A stretch of 63,754 nt of DNA, counting the filler, from Choristocarpus tenellus KU-1152 (Eukaryota > Protista > Phaeophyceae): assembly GCA_964200185.2 (NCBI GenBank). It is 9 parts of 9 records of this genome, joined end to end, with 100 filler letters (N's around TTAATTAATTAA, not from the genome) between each part and the next. Parts side by side here need not be neighbours in the genome. Positions count along the whole stretch, not along the records: positions 1 to 31,783 come from CAXNAD020000077.1; positions 31,884 to 39,273 come from CAXNAD020006229.1; positions 39,374 to 41,876 come from CAXNAD020027267.1; 6 more parts are not named here. One strand, given 5' to 3'. The translations under genes and the position numbers were made by a program. Within the stretch, counting starts at the first letter, position 1. Each line of letters opens with the position of its first letter. The notes under the pieces are model-generated. The model saw nothing but the letters and a program-made list of their open reading frames with translations. It was not told where the DNA came from and made no database searches. Shown here piece by piece: positions 27,631 through 40,090 of the stretch.

Positions 27631-30600
27631 GCAATTTGCCCACTACATATACATAAGGAACATGAGTAAGTAATCCATACACAGGCATTCCCCATATGCC
27701 ATACATACATATTTACAATATTGTGAGTAATCAGCAAGGTCGAATTCAGTCCTTATTTTTATTTATTTTTTAGTATTTATTTTATTTTGCCGTTCAGGTT
27801 TACCATGTTCCTGAAACATGTAAGCGTGCATACACTTCAGAGAACACATAATATCAACACCACGCAGTCAGTCAACTACAGACCCAGGGACTGCAAAATT
27901 TTGAGGGGTACTTTCCCTTGCTTATCAGAACAAGCATGACAAAATCTATCAACAATCCACTCACAAAATACCCTAACAGGCAGTCACTTTTGTGGATTTA
28001 CTAGCTTTGGGTCACAATAAGAAACTCAAGATATCATCAAAAGATTCCTATCTCAACCAGACAAGATGACAGAGAGCAAAACCAATTCAGAGTTAGGCAG
28101 GATTGCATTTTGAGGATTGTGAGATGCCATGCTGTACAATTGGAGAAAGACCTTTGCTGGATTGTGGTATCACTTTGTGTGTGGAAAGGGAGAATATCAA
28201 TTTGATGTACACTATTGTGCACATAAAGCAATGAAATAGTGTATTGCACAGGGTAGGAAAGATGGTTTAGAATGTGCAAGGGTCCAAACCTGCCTACCTC
28301 TAAATTGGTTTGTCTCAGATTCAGACCTTTTCGATGTATTTCTTTCCACATTTTTCTATCATTGCTAGTTTTTCTGGTGATGAACAACTATCTCGAAAAA
28401 ATATATATTCTGAATTCAGGATATGCACATCAAAGATGCTTATCCCATTCTTAAATTGGTAAATGTTGACATTGATTTAGCAGAGAAAACCAGCAAAAGA
28501 TCCTGGAAATTACACCATCAAAATAAACCCTAATAGATTGTGTTACTCCATTGAAGAGGCACTGCTAATCCCATCCAACAGCAGGGGCTTAACCAACTCC
28601 CTAGTAATTTATCCACAGAAATTGCTATCCCATCCCACTGTGGAAATTCCAGACTTTACTGTTGCCATTTGAAAAACGCAACAGTAATTGCTACTGTATT
28701 GTGCCACAAAATTTCGTGATATTTGTGTAAAATCTAATAGAAAATGTGCTGTACACTACAAAATCTTAAACATATTTTCTGTGTGGTGAAACACCAAGTT
28801 TGGGTTGTACAGGATCTCTTTCTCCCCATTTCTTAAAGGTGGGATGTGTGCACATACCCCACTGCACACCATACTATAGGATTTTTCCCAAAGACTAGAA
28901 TTATGGTTTATTACCCTCCCCCGCCCTCCCCTCTCCATCCACACTCAAAACCAGAGGAGGAATTTCATGCTACAGGGTGCTAAGTATCGCTCTGTAGTGA
29001 TATGAACTATGTACTGCCTTTAACCCAACAACCATCAACAGAACCATTCCCTGCTCCACATGAATCCTAGCACACTGTTCACGACAAAGATAGAGGCTAA
29101 ACCTGTAGATTTAAACTTGTAGATTTAAACAACACTTTGCTCAGTTTTTTGCATAACCACAGAATATTTCAAGGGTCACAAAAAAAATATTTCTTGAAGG
29201 AGACAAGAGTCAAAATATAGATAAATTTCGGATTAAATTTTTAACTATGGAAATCAAATAATCATTCTCATTCTAGTTTTCAATTGCAGAAACAAAAAAC
29301 ACATACTCATCAAAAAGTTGAGGAAAAATACACTCCATTCTTAGACCCATTTTTTCATATTGGATTTGGGAGGTACTGGCATTTTTTTGAAGTCTTCTGT
29401 TTCTCCTAACAAATGTGAAAGTGAAATAGCTGTCCGGCACACATTTATGCCCTACCAACGTCCTACGAATCAAAGGGGAAATTCTGTGCCCATGTGTAAC
29501 CATACCCCTCAAATAGTTTCATGACAACATTGTGTTCCACTGCACCAACAGAATGAGTAGCAATACAAACGTTCTTTTGCACTCTGCCACTAAACATGGT
29601 CAGAAAGAGGCAGGTCAACCTGCATGCAGACTTCCCACTCTCAGGGTAACCCTACATCAAAATTTGAAATCTTTCGTGACATTCAAGACAAGAACTGTAG
29701 AACATTGGCATCTTAGTAATACCTACCTACACATGGATCAAGGCGAGAAAAGCGGTTCTTAACTACTACGTTATCTTGTGCATAGCCCACGCTAGTGCAT
29801 AACCTTCATTAATGAAGTAACTGTCCTCCTTAATCCATGTTCCTGTCCTTCCTTGGCGCTGCTGCCCTCGATTAGTATCATTAAGCCCTTCCCTCCATTC
29901 CTCAATGCTAATACTGTTCTCCCTTAATTAATGCTGCTTCTGCCCTCCAGAAGAGCCTCTCTTCTCAAGGAATAACCTGGACCCAGGGTACACAGGCCAT
30001 TCAAACTAAGGTTGACAGAAACCAGGCGATAGCTCTCCCGAACACAGAAGTTGCATTAATGCAGGCTGTTCAAGCCCAAACCAAGAGTAAGGTGGAAGCT
30101 TTGGGCAATGCAGGAGGTGTTAGCAAAACAGGCTGCTCAAGCTCAAGCCAGGGAAAAGAGATCGGTAACTCAGCCAGTATCAGGACGAAGAGGGTGTACG
30201 TGACCCTCGCCAAGAAGAACGATGACAATGAAAACAGACAATATAGGGATGGATTCCAGTGCAAAGTCATGCCGTACATTAACCGAAGCACATCCTTCAA
30301 GATTATGACAACAACGACTACGCGTAAACGCACCATTTGATGAGACCACATAATCTCTAACCCAGATTAGGTGACTAATTGGGACCAACCACAACACATT
30401 TTTTTCAGTGGTAAGGAATGCATGGATTGAGTGGCAATCACGGCCTGATCTCGCCTCACCTGTCAACCGTGTGTGACCATGAACACACTTCCTGTAAAAC
30501 ATATTTCGTATAGTTAATGGTACACCCCTTCGAGTACGCCGGAATACCAGGGGGGTTGGCAACAAGCTCCAGCTGTGCAGAAGTACGTGACGAAAAAAAG

Positions 30601-31783
30601 CATTTGCGGGTATGCCAAATTATCGATGCTTGTCGTTGCATCTGCCATACCTCAAGATGTCCTTCGTGTCTGCTTCTGGTTCTCCTCGCTACAAAGGCGT
30701 AGTGTCTTAACCTGGATGTGCGCAACACAGGAAGGAAGGGCTGTGGATCATGGAGGTAATTCGCAAGGTTCTATCTGAACCTTGGATATACCAATCATTC
30801 AAAGTTATTGAAGGTCAACGTGAGATCATGGACTTAACCTCGATGGGCGCAACATGACATGTTAGGGTCGTGGGATCATGGAGGTGATATGCTAGCCTCT
30901 TCGATCCTTAGTATATATATATGTATGTATTATATATGTATCAATAATGCAAGCTATTCTAGGTCAATGCCATCTGCGATCATGAAGAACCAACCTCTTC
31001 TTGACACTTCCGCCAGTCTCGTTCATTTTCTCCCAAGCAGTCCTCTAGATGGTAGTATTCAACAGAGCAACCTGAGCGATCAATAGCGACCTCAACATCT
31101 ACATCTCCTCCGAAGTCGCTCTTTGAGCCCTTATGTTGATCATGGTGAACAGAAGGTACGGTGGGACTGGTAGACATGGAACTCTGGGTATTGAAGGGTC
31201 TTTTTGACGACGGTTAGATTACTGCCTCCACCACATCTATGATTCGATTTTTTTCCTCCCTCAACCATTCATAAGGTTCTTTCTCAAGTATCTTGTATCC
31301 ACAAAGGGGGGTGACCTAAGTGAGGTGGGCGTTGTTTTGGAGTGGTCACTAATGTTACATGTAGATATTGTTTATGTAAGTATAGAAATATACTATATTT
31401 GATTGAAGTAGTTATTACAGTCCATCTAAACATTAATAAATTGACCCCAGATACAGATTGTACTGAAAATCCTAAAGATGTTATCGCAACATTAACTTTT
31501 TTAAAAGTCAAGGCTTTTCAACAAGCCAGCACATCAAAAAGTCTCATCCACTGGACTGACCAGTTCCCCAATTACTTAACATGTCCCAATCCATGTCCAC
31601 CAGGTATTGAACCAGTCCATGTCCACTAGGTACTGAACCAGTCCTTTGTCCGCCATCGGACCAGGTCAAACATTCTCTGACATGTCCTTAGGCTAATGTA
31701 CTGGTTCGTGTCCACCAACCAACTGGTCAATCTAACTTTTTTTCTTGGATAACAGGGATTTCTCAAAATTGAGGATGGTGCAG

Positions 31784-31883
31784 NNNNNNNNNNNNNNNNN
31801 NNNNNNNNNNNNNNNNNNNNNNNNNNNTTAATTAATTAANNNNNNNNNNNNNNNNNNNNNNNNNNNNNNNNNNNNNNNNNNNN
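31784..31883. other. Artificial contig linker N44-TTAATTAATTAA-N44 (also at 39274-39373, 41877-41976, 46165-46264, 49552-49651, 53155-53254, 57793-57892, 60699-60798)
   Basis: The same 100-nt spacer with a six-frame stop 12-mer occurs 8 times. Confidence 0.98.
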
Positions 31884-32109
31884 GGTTGGGGGGTGGGGGG
31901 GGGGGGGGGGGGGGTGGGGGGGGGGGGGGGGGGGGGGGGGAGATGAGGATGAGGGTGTAAGAAGGGGGGGTGGCAAGTGAAGAGTCCGAAATGCTTCACC
32001 AACTTGCATTACATGGACAAGGGTGGGATGTGTGTGCACTGGCGTCTTCACCGCCAATGAGCTACTTCTGAACGCAGTGGATATACACCTGAGCGGGGAC
32101 TGCAGATGC

Positions 32110-35100
32110 TCAGACGTTCTTTGGGCAGCAGCAGGCGGTGGCGCAGCCGGAGATGGACCCAAGCAAACCTGTGATGCCCAGGATAAGCAGGAGGACAGAT
32201 GATCCCAGGAGCAAGTTCTCTTGGTCCTGTTGTATTATATAGCGCACATCAATCATTCAGGGGGGAGAGGAGGGAGTGAGGGAGGGGCAGCTGGATATGA
32301 GAGCCTTGTTCGGGAGCAACCTAATCTGCTTAAGTCACTGTATGTAATCTCTCTCAGAATTTCATGCCCCTACAACTACAAACCATGAAGAGACGGTAGA
32401 GGGGTGTACAAGGCATTAAAAAATTGTCAAGGAACAGGGGATACAAAATATATTGACATGCAGTCAGTACATCTTGTTGTCAGGGATGGGGGGGGTATAG
32501 GGAGGGGAAGACAAACTTTTTCAGATTAGTACTTGATACACAAAAAAGAGAGGAAATTTTCAAACTCAACAATATACAAAAATACCTATATGACGTACAT
32601 ATACATAAGCTTTCTTGTCTTGCCATGAAAAAACCGAAGAGCACAGATAACAAGACGGTATGTGAGGGGATGGAGAGATCACAGTTGGAAACATGCTACC
32701 TAGATGAAAGACTTACCACGACAACAACTTATTACTTCTTGTGTGAGCAATGACGTCAGCATGGCGACAGTCAATATAAAGGAATAAAACAGGTGGTCAC
32801 ATGCCGAGGTTGGGGCCACCTTGCTGCTTTCAAACTGTAACTCTCCTACTGTGCACGTGTTCATTGCAATATGGGATTTAACACCTCATCGACACAGTCA
32901 CACAAACTCGGTGAAAGGGCAAGTCCCTTTGGGATGGATTTGTTTTGCTTCACGCCACACTTCTACCCTGGGTGTCAACGCCAGAGTGTTTATACGTGTG
33001 GTGGATGGGGTTCAGGGGGATGGGGGAAAGGGAGTGGTGGGGGGTACAGTCAGCGAAGAGAGGAGGTTGTATCAGACTGGAAGAGGCTCAATTAGCATTA
33101 TCCAAGGTTGGAAGAGAACCTCGACACAAAGCACTCATCCAGTCTCATCCCTCAAAACACCTCATTTGTATTACCTGGTGTGTAAGACATTTCAATGCCA
33201 TGTGATTGGTACAGCACCAGCATTATGACCAACACACACACACACAGCACCCTTCTCCCTTCCAGCAACATCTTTCCTTTCCTCCCATGCAAAACTAAAG
33301 ACCCCTGCTACCTCCCCTTATCCCCCTCATCCTCACCGAGACCTCATCACAATCCCCTCCCTTGAAGTCAAAGCACCATCGGTCCTCAATCCCAAATGAG
33401 CCCTTATCATTGCAGTCATCAGTGCCGTCAGGCACCCAGCACACACAGTCCCTCTTCTCACTGGCAACACATTGGAGCAGTAGAATTAAACAAGAGGGGG
33501 AGAGAAAAAAATCTAAGCAATTGTGGTTTGAGGCCCACCTCAGTTGGAGGAATGGGGTAAGTCAGTGGCCAGTCTATGTGATTCACCCTTAAGTCATTAG
33601 GTGTCTTTGCATCAAGGTTGTTTATCCCTCCAATCCCTCACTGTCACAGCAACCAAGTATTGTTACCTGCGAAGAGAGTACTTTCTTTTCCCACCTTCAG
33701 TCTATCTGTATGAAACACAACAGACTAGGGTGAGTCGCCCGAATTTTGGAACTCCCCGTATGGGATTGAAACCTAGGTTGATAGAGGAAGGGCGTGAGCA
33801 CTGTCCAGTATTCTCATCAGAACCCTCTTTGCATGGTGAGCTCACCAGGTCTTGTACTCGTCAGACTCATTGTAGCATGTCGAAGCATCATAGCAGTTCC
33901 CTTCTGTTTCAGTGACCAGCCAGTAGACTGCAGCAGTTGATCAAGTAACATTTCAGGAGGGATTATCATGACCGGTCGGCCCAATCAAAGGACGACACAG
34001 TAGAAACCGTGGGGAGTTCAGGGTTAGTGTGTGGTTGAAAGTGATTGCAAAGGGGATAAACTGTTTCAGATACCTGTCCAAGAAATCAATGTTGAGTAAC
34101 TAGAGAGTCTTCACAGATGGAGTACGGTCCATTGAGTCAAACAAGATCCGAAATCAATAGTTCACCCAGAAGAAGACAACTGCATCGGATGTCGATAACA
34201 CACTCACATGCTCCATCTGAGATGATGAGGCCGACCAAGGCTGCTATTACGGTGACGATACAAAACAGTACATACATTGCTGTTCCTGCACCCCCTGCTT
34301 GTTTTTGGGGGGACACCAGGAACCCCGATACACCAGCGAGTATGGCAAGAATGCCCGCCCAGAATGCCCCAACGGTCCTCCATTCTGCATTCAGGGGCAA
34401 AGTGAGAAGATTGCCTATTCAGTTGAGCATTAATTTAAAGCTTTCCACGTGAGGAGCTGTTGGGATTTAGGTCAACTCGAAAATTTTGTGGAACTTATCA
34501 ACAACTCTCACCAGCGAATATGATGGCTCCAACGATTAGCTCACAGATGCCACCAAGGAATAGAACAACAGCAAATACTTGTACGAGGGTGACAGCCCAC
34601 AGTGCTGGCAGTGGTGGGGGGTGCACGTGATCTGGACCCGCCTATCATGAAGATGACAAGAGAGCGGGAGGACATGCAGCGAAGGCTGGTCAAGTTTACG
34701 TGCTTCGGCATTCAACTGGGATTCCTGGCCTTACGAATACCTAACATATATGTACATAAGCATACTGAGAGCAAAGGAATTTTCTCACATCAATGACGCT
34801 AAAAGGAGGGGCAGATGTGCCAGCAGATTCGCCACCGGAGTGTTTGCTGCTGCTGGCCTTGGTTGTGGTGTGCTTGCTGCCACTGCCACTGCCACCGCCA
34901 CTGCCACCGCCACTGCCTGAATGCTTGCTACTACTGGCTTTGGTCGTTGCAGCTTTGCTGCTGCTTTTTTTGCTAGACTCAGGTTTGGCACTGCTAGCTT
35001 TGGTCGAATGCTTACTGGATGCTGGCTTACTGGATGCGGCTTTACTAGAGGAATGCTTGCTACCACTAACAGCACTTGCGGCAACACTGCCAGCAGCACT

Positions 35101-35152
35101 GCCGCTCTTTTTCGAACTTGGTGGAGGATCTGAGCCTCCGATCACACCGGGC
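32110..35152 (-). CDS. Four-TM membrane protein, CD20/MS4A-TMEM255(FAM70)-like, with an 8-Cys loop. Exons 35152-34789 (Ser/Lys-rich, linkage probable), 34702-34642, 34577-34512, 34384-34208, 33927-33846, 33460-33337, 32226-32110. 5' end uncertain (candidate exon 35329-35264; alternative ATG at 34711)
   Basis: The last six exons total 627 nt in frame: HVNLTSLRCMSSRSLVIFMIVFAVVLFLGGICELIVGAIIFAEWRTVGAFWAGILAILAGVSGFLVSPQKQAGGAGTAMYVLFCIVTVIAALVGLIISDGAFYWLVTETEGNCYDASTCYNESDEYKTCEKRDCVCWVPDGTDDCNDKGSFGIEDRWCFDFKGGDCDEVSDQENLLLGSSVLLLILGITGLLGSISGCATACCCPKNV*. One intron needs a GC donor (gcgggt at 34641). Family call is from motif memory, not a search. Confidence 0.8.
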
Positions 35153-38100
35153 CTGTGCGTTTTCACTTTGTCCACAGGCAATCCCAGCCAAACGAAGTTC
35201 GAAGTCATGGTTGAGGTACTCTTGGAATGTGGTGTGATGAAGGTGTGAGGATGATGGACTAACCTTACTGTGAATCTGTCACAGTCCCCAAATCTGGCGG
35301 TGAGACAAACCGAGACCCCAGCACTATTTCTGTGTATTGTTTTCGAAATTTTGGATGTAGAAATGGAAACGAATTAAAAATGCAACCTTTTCAACAATTT
35401 AGTGGAAAATATGTATATCAAAATACATATATATCAAATCCCCGAAAAGGTCTGTTTATCTAAAACAAATTTGTAAATATCTGAATATATCAACGTATAT
35501 ATAACTAGGAAAGAATGTAGGATTGTCAGGGGTGGCATCGGTGAGAGATGAAGAAATCGAAAAATAATCGAAGAAATGGTATTATACTACATTCTATTGG
35601 GATTAGTCCAATATATTTTTAAGGGAAAAAGTCCCAACAACTATTGATGTTTTTCAACAACCATACGATATCGGAGGGTTGTGCTTTTCAAAACAGGTAT
35701 GACAGAATTACCTTTGTTGATGTCGTTGGTATTTATAGAGAAGATAAGGAAGACCAATGACCAACCTCATTTTTTGTTTAATCCTTCCGATTCAGCTAGC
35801 TTTTGATGACAGATAATCACTCAGAATTCTACACCTTCATATTGAAAGTTCTTTCTTCACTACAACAATCTTATAACCACCATTCCATCATGGATTATTG
35901 TACCATTATTGTACTTGGTTCGAATATTGACACAAAATATATACTATTAAGTATAGTAAATTGAAGTAAATATTGTTTGAGTAATTTATTTGTTCATATT
36001 CATAATTGATACCTACATCTGTGAAGTATTTCATTATCAGCAACTGATCCATAATCAACAACAACAGTAGAGTTTGCTAATCGAAGAATGATCGAGATCG
36101 AAATCGAAACTTTCCCCGATTTTATATTCTTGAATGTGTGCGTTGCTCGATTTGTAGCAGTAGTATTTATAGGAGTAGTATCATTCTATTTAAATATGGT
36201 AGTGAAAACTTACTGGACTTTCCTTTGATATACATGGTAACACCTGGTGATTGAAGAGGATCTCCTCGAAAAAAGTATAACCGATTCGATTCAGTCCGAA
36301 TAATCTAATCGTTTCAGACCATTGATAAATCACTTACAAATGATTTCAATTAATCAACAATAGATTCAACAGACCATCAAATGATACTCAAAAGATTTTT
36401 GAGATCAGTTACGTTCACCACAATGTTCCCATTCTCTGAAAAATCTACTCCTTGTTATACTGTAATGGAACTTAGGGTTGTCACATCCATACATACTGGA
36501 AGAAGATTGGGCGTGCTACCCCTGCAACCTACGTAAGCATGTAGGATTTGTCCCTTTTCCCATTGAACCCATTTCCATTACCCTCCCGGTGTAATAAATC
36601 CTATTTGATTGCTTTATGACATAATGTGGACAAAATGGTGTCCGCAAAATTGGTTCCCCTTGCCACTCACAAGATGACACCAAATTTCTGGAAAAGTCGT
36701 TCTACAATTATATAAAAAGGGAGGTTTGGTCATTTCAAGGGATACTTAACAAGCAACCTTACCTTCCTCTCAATTTCTTTGGTTCTTTAGTAAGAAGACA
36801 TACATACATGGTGAGACTAAAAATAGTTTTACTCCAAAAACTTATCATGCAAGAAGCTTCATGTGTAGCCATACATGGTCAAAATACTTCTGTCTTCTTT
36901 GCAGAGTGTAATGGTGTTGTACTAACCCTGTACTGACACAGAACAGTATCCCGTGGAAGATTGTACTCGACACAAACCAATCTTTACACAACCATGTGTC
37001 CAGCCTTGCCCTACAATGATGGGTGAGGAAGAAATAAGAATCCCAAGAATATGTGAGGTCCGTTTTTCGTGCCCACTGCTGGTCCGATGTCTGTAGCTTG
37101 AAATGCATGACTCACTTCGAAAATGTACCTTTTAATACAGTTACAGGTACTACCTGTCTCAAACAAATCTCGGCAGCCCTTTCCCATTGCTGTAACTCCC
37201 AGCCCCTCTCTCGCCAACCACGTGGGTGGCCAACTTACCGAGGAAACCCTCCGGTTGCTTACTGGCATGTCCGAGTCTTTCCACCGGGAAACTTGTAAGG
37301 GTCTAAATATCCCTCCTTGTAGTGAGTGTACTTTCACTCCTCAGCTGCACCAGGAATGACACCATTGCGGGTAGATTAGTTGGTGAGGTGGTAAGCTGCT
37401 TGTACCTGCTCTGCAAAAGTGACACCCAGAAGTAGGCCTTCTTTCATGCGATAGGAGGCTGAGCGTGGGCCTCCAATAATACGTGTATGTCCAACAACAG
37501 TATCAGATGCCCAAGCATGAAAATGAATGATATAATCAGAACACTGATGATTCAACGTTGATAGTACAGTGTATTAACTTCAAAACATGCATACCAGTAG
37601 TAGCAGTGGTATTTATAGTGGATAGAATTAGCAGCAGTACCATTAACAAAAGAAATGTGACATTTCAACAAATATGTATAGTTACGCCACCATACCATAA
37701 TACCCAAAGTCTTGCTAGATTTAACATGCACTTGTATGCTGCACCACTGCCTTCCTGTGCCTCCAGCCTAGCTTTGTCCTGCACCCCAGGGTGAGGAGGT
37801 AGGGAAGCACCCCAAGAATCTAACAAGCTCCTCCTTGCCCATCTCCTGGGTGTCTCCAGCTTAAAACTCATGACGCGTCTTGATAGACCTACTTGCGTTA
37901 TGACTGAGACTATCTGGCGTGGATGGGATTTGACAGCCCCTATAATTTTTACTCCTAATATTCTCGAAAAAAGTTAACAGGACCCAAGCGATGTGGTAAT
38001 AACCAGACCCCGTAGTAATCACACATACACATAATATATTCCTCTTACACTCTTTCTTGATGTTTTTAGGGTTTTACAGGTAAGGTGGTTTGGGGTTAGG

Positions 38101-39572
38101 GCTAGGGTTATATATATGTACACATCACTACTATGGGTATGTATGCGTTCTGGTTATTAACACATAATTTGGGTCTTGTTTTAATCTCCAAATATATTTA
38201 TTAGTAGTAGTAGTAGTAGTCGTAGTCGTAGTCGTAGGACAATATTGTACATGAAGCTCTTATATATGCCAAAATAATAGTAATACTTTAGACATAAAAA
38301 TCGTATGGCATCATATAACAATAAAATCTGTTAGGTAATCGTGCCAAGTCGTACCATTCCGTTGTCTAACAACATATAATTGAAGTAACTTCAAATCACT
38401 ACATCTGAACATTTTGTGAGACGTATGTTTTGGACTGAAGGAGTGCTATCAGCGTACAACTCTATGCTATGTTTTTGAACTGGTGCATGATGTTGTGTGA
38501 TAAAGGAGTGTTACCAAAAGCACAATATCGCACTAAATAAAGAAATAATGATTTATCTATTTCAAATAATATCAAATGCTTCCCGAAATACCACTCAGTA
38601 ATGCATTATCAACGATTTAGTTACTACTTCGAAGTATAACATCAACACCGTTCAGAACATTTTATTAGTGTGAAGGTGTAACAATCTGTCTCAAACGCCA
38701 ACTTACTAGGTAGCTCTAAACGCATACCATGTTAGCACGTGCGACAGATTGTCGTATTAGGTAAAAAAAGGAGTAGTTAGAACGACCGTGAAAATATGTT
38801 CACTCGCTAAAAAAGGGTTGGTGGAGTAATAATGGAGGGAGAAACTTGTGCTGTTGTAGACAAAGGTGTCAATAAGTTGTAGAAAGTCATGTGCACCTGT
38901 CGGATTGTGCTTGACGAATTATTACCAGTGAAATGTTCAACAGGGCATATCGGATCCTGTTGGTGACTGCCCACTCTGATCCGTCTTGTGGGAGGAATAG
39001 TTTAAATGAAAGTATACATTGTCACTATTGTCCTAAATGGTGTTAATAATGTCTTACATAATAAGCTTTTGACAATTATTATTATTGTTGTTATTTTCTT
39101 CTCTATATCATCATCCTTTGAGTGGGAGCTATCCTGACCAGTGGTCAGCGGTTCCATTCTGCATGTATGATTCCGTTTGGGTCTTTGGATATGCTTGCAT
39201 GCCTAGTGAAATCAGCACAGAGCATGTGTTTGGGTCAAAGTATCTGGGGTGTGTAGGTGTGGTTTGTGAGGGGNNNNNNNNNNNNNNNNNNNNNNNNNNN
39301 NNNNNNNNNNNNNNNNNTTAATTAATTAANNNNNNNNNNNNNNNNNNNNNNNNNNNNNNNNNNNNNNNNNNNNCCATCCTCAATGAAAAGCTCCATCCTC
39401 AATTTTTGAAATCGGCTGTTATCCATAGAAATATTTGTGAATTACAACAGACTGAAAAACAGACTTAAAAATGCAAATTGACCAAAACCTGAGTACCCTC
39501 ATTTACTTTGCCTCAGGTTCAATGGTAGCCCTTTGTCACTATATTACTAATACTACTGCAACTACCAATATT

Positions 39573-39750
39573 GGGTCAAAGTATCTTGGGGGGGGGTGGT
39601 TTGTGAGGGGGCGTCCGTTTTGGCCAAAAACCCCTTTCTTTTGCTGAAATTTCAATCCGACCCGTGCGACCAAATCACACCCCAAAAAAGTGAAATCGAA
39701 AAAAGAGTGAAAAACGGACGCCGACACCCCCCCCCAAGATACTTTGACCC
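39573..39750. mobile_element. 178-bp MITE, short G-tract subfamily, GGG...CCC termini, 4-bp TSD TATT (Sola2-like)
   Basis: TIR gggtcaaagtatcttggggggggg / cccccccccaagatactttgaccc; tatt at 39569-39572 and 39751-39754. Confidence 0.9.
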
Positions 39751-39824
39751 TATTTCCACATCAAACAGAACGATATACACAATTTTTTTAGACACGCTTC
39801 GTAGTGTAACTCTCACAAACATAT

Positions 39825-39960
39825 TTCTGACGTGTTTACTGACGTATACATTAGACAACAAGGGATAGCACCCCCCCACCTTGAGGGTAGTGCTCACTCC
39901 GCTAATAAATAGATCCATACCACATAAAGCAAAGACTCTATTGGAAGAGCTCTCTTTTGC
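39825..39960 (+). repeat. Dispersed repeat, copy 2 (homologous to 14204-14339)
   Basis: Direct sequence similarity; both copies give the spurious peptide SNRVFALCGMD.FISGVST on the - strand. Confidence 0.85.
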
Positions 39961-40090
39961 AAACATTTGTAGAAACGCCAAATTTTGTACATAGTTGCCA
40001 GCATCCTTAAAGTGCGACCCTGGCTGCCTCTCGTTTATTTTGATTAGGTCTAGATATAGTCATTCTTCTATAATTGTATGTATGACAGAA

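Noticed and set aside
31828-31839. Recurring TTAATTAATTAA palindrome as a biological site
   Set aside because: Always centred in exactly 44+44 Ns; it is an artificial six-frame-stop linker.
34793-35248. 151-aa Leu/Pro-rich ORF on the + strand
   Set aside because: Antisense shadow of the Ser/Lys-rich - strand exon.
37238-37345. Exon-like EE*KYTHYKEGYLDPYKFPGGKTRTCQ*ATGGFPR suggesting stop-codon reassignment or readthrough
   Set aside because: VMP1, the tetraspan gene and the ET exon all end at TGA, and no well-supported exon has an internal stop. A pseudo-exon or chance is more likely.
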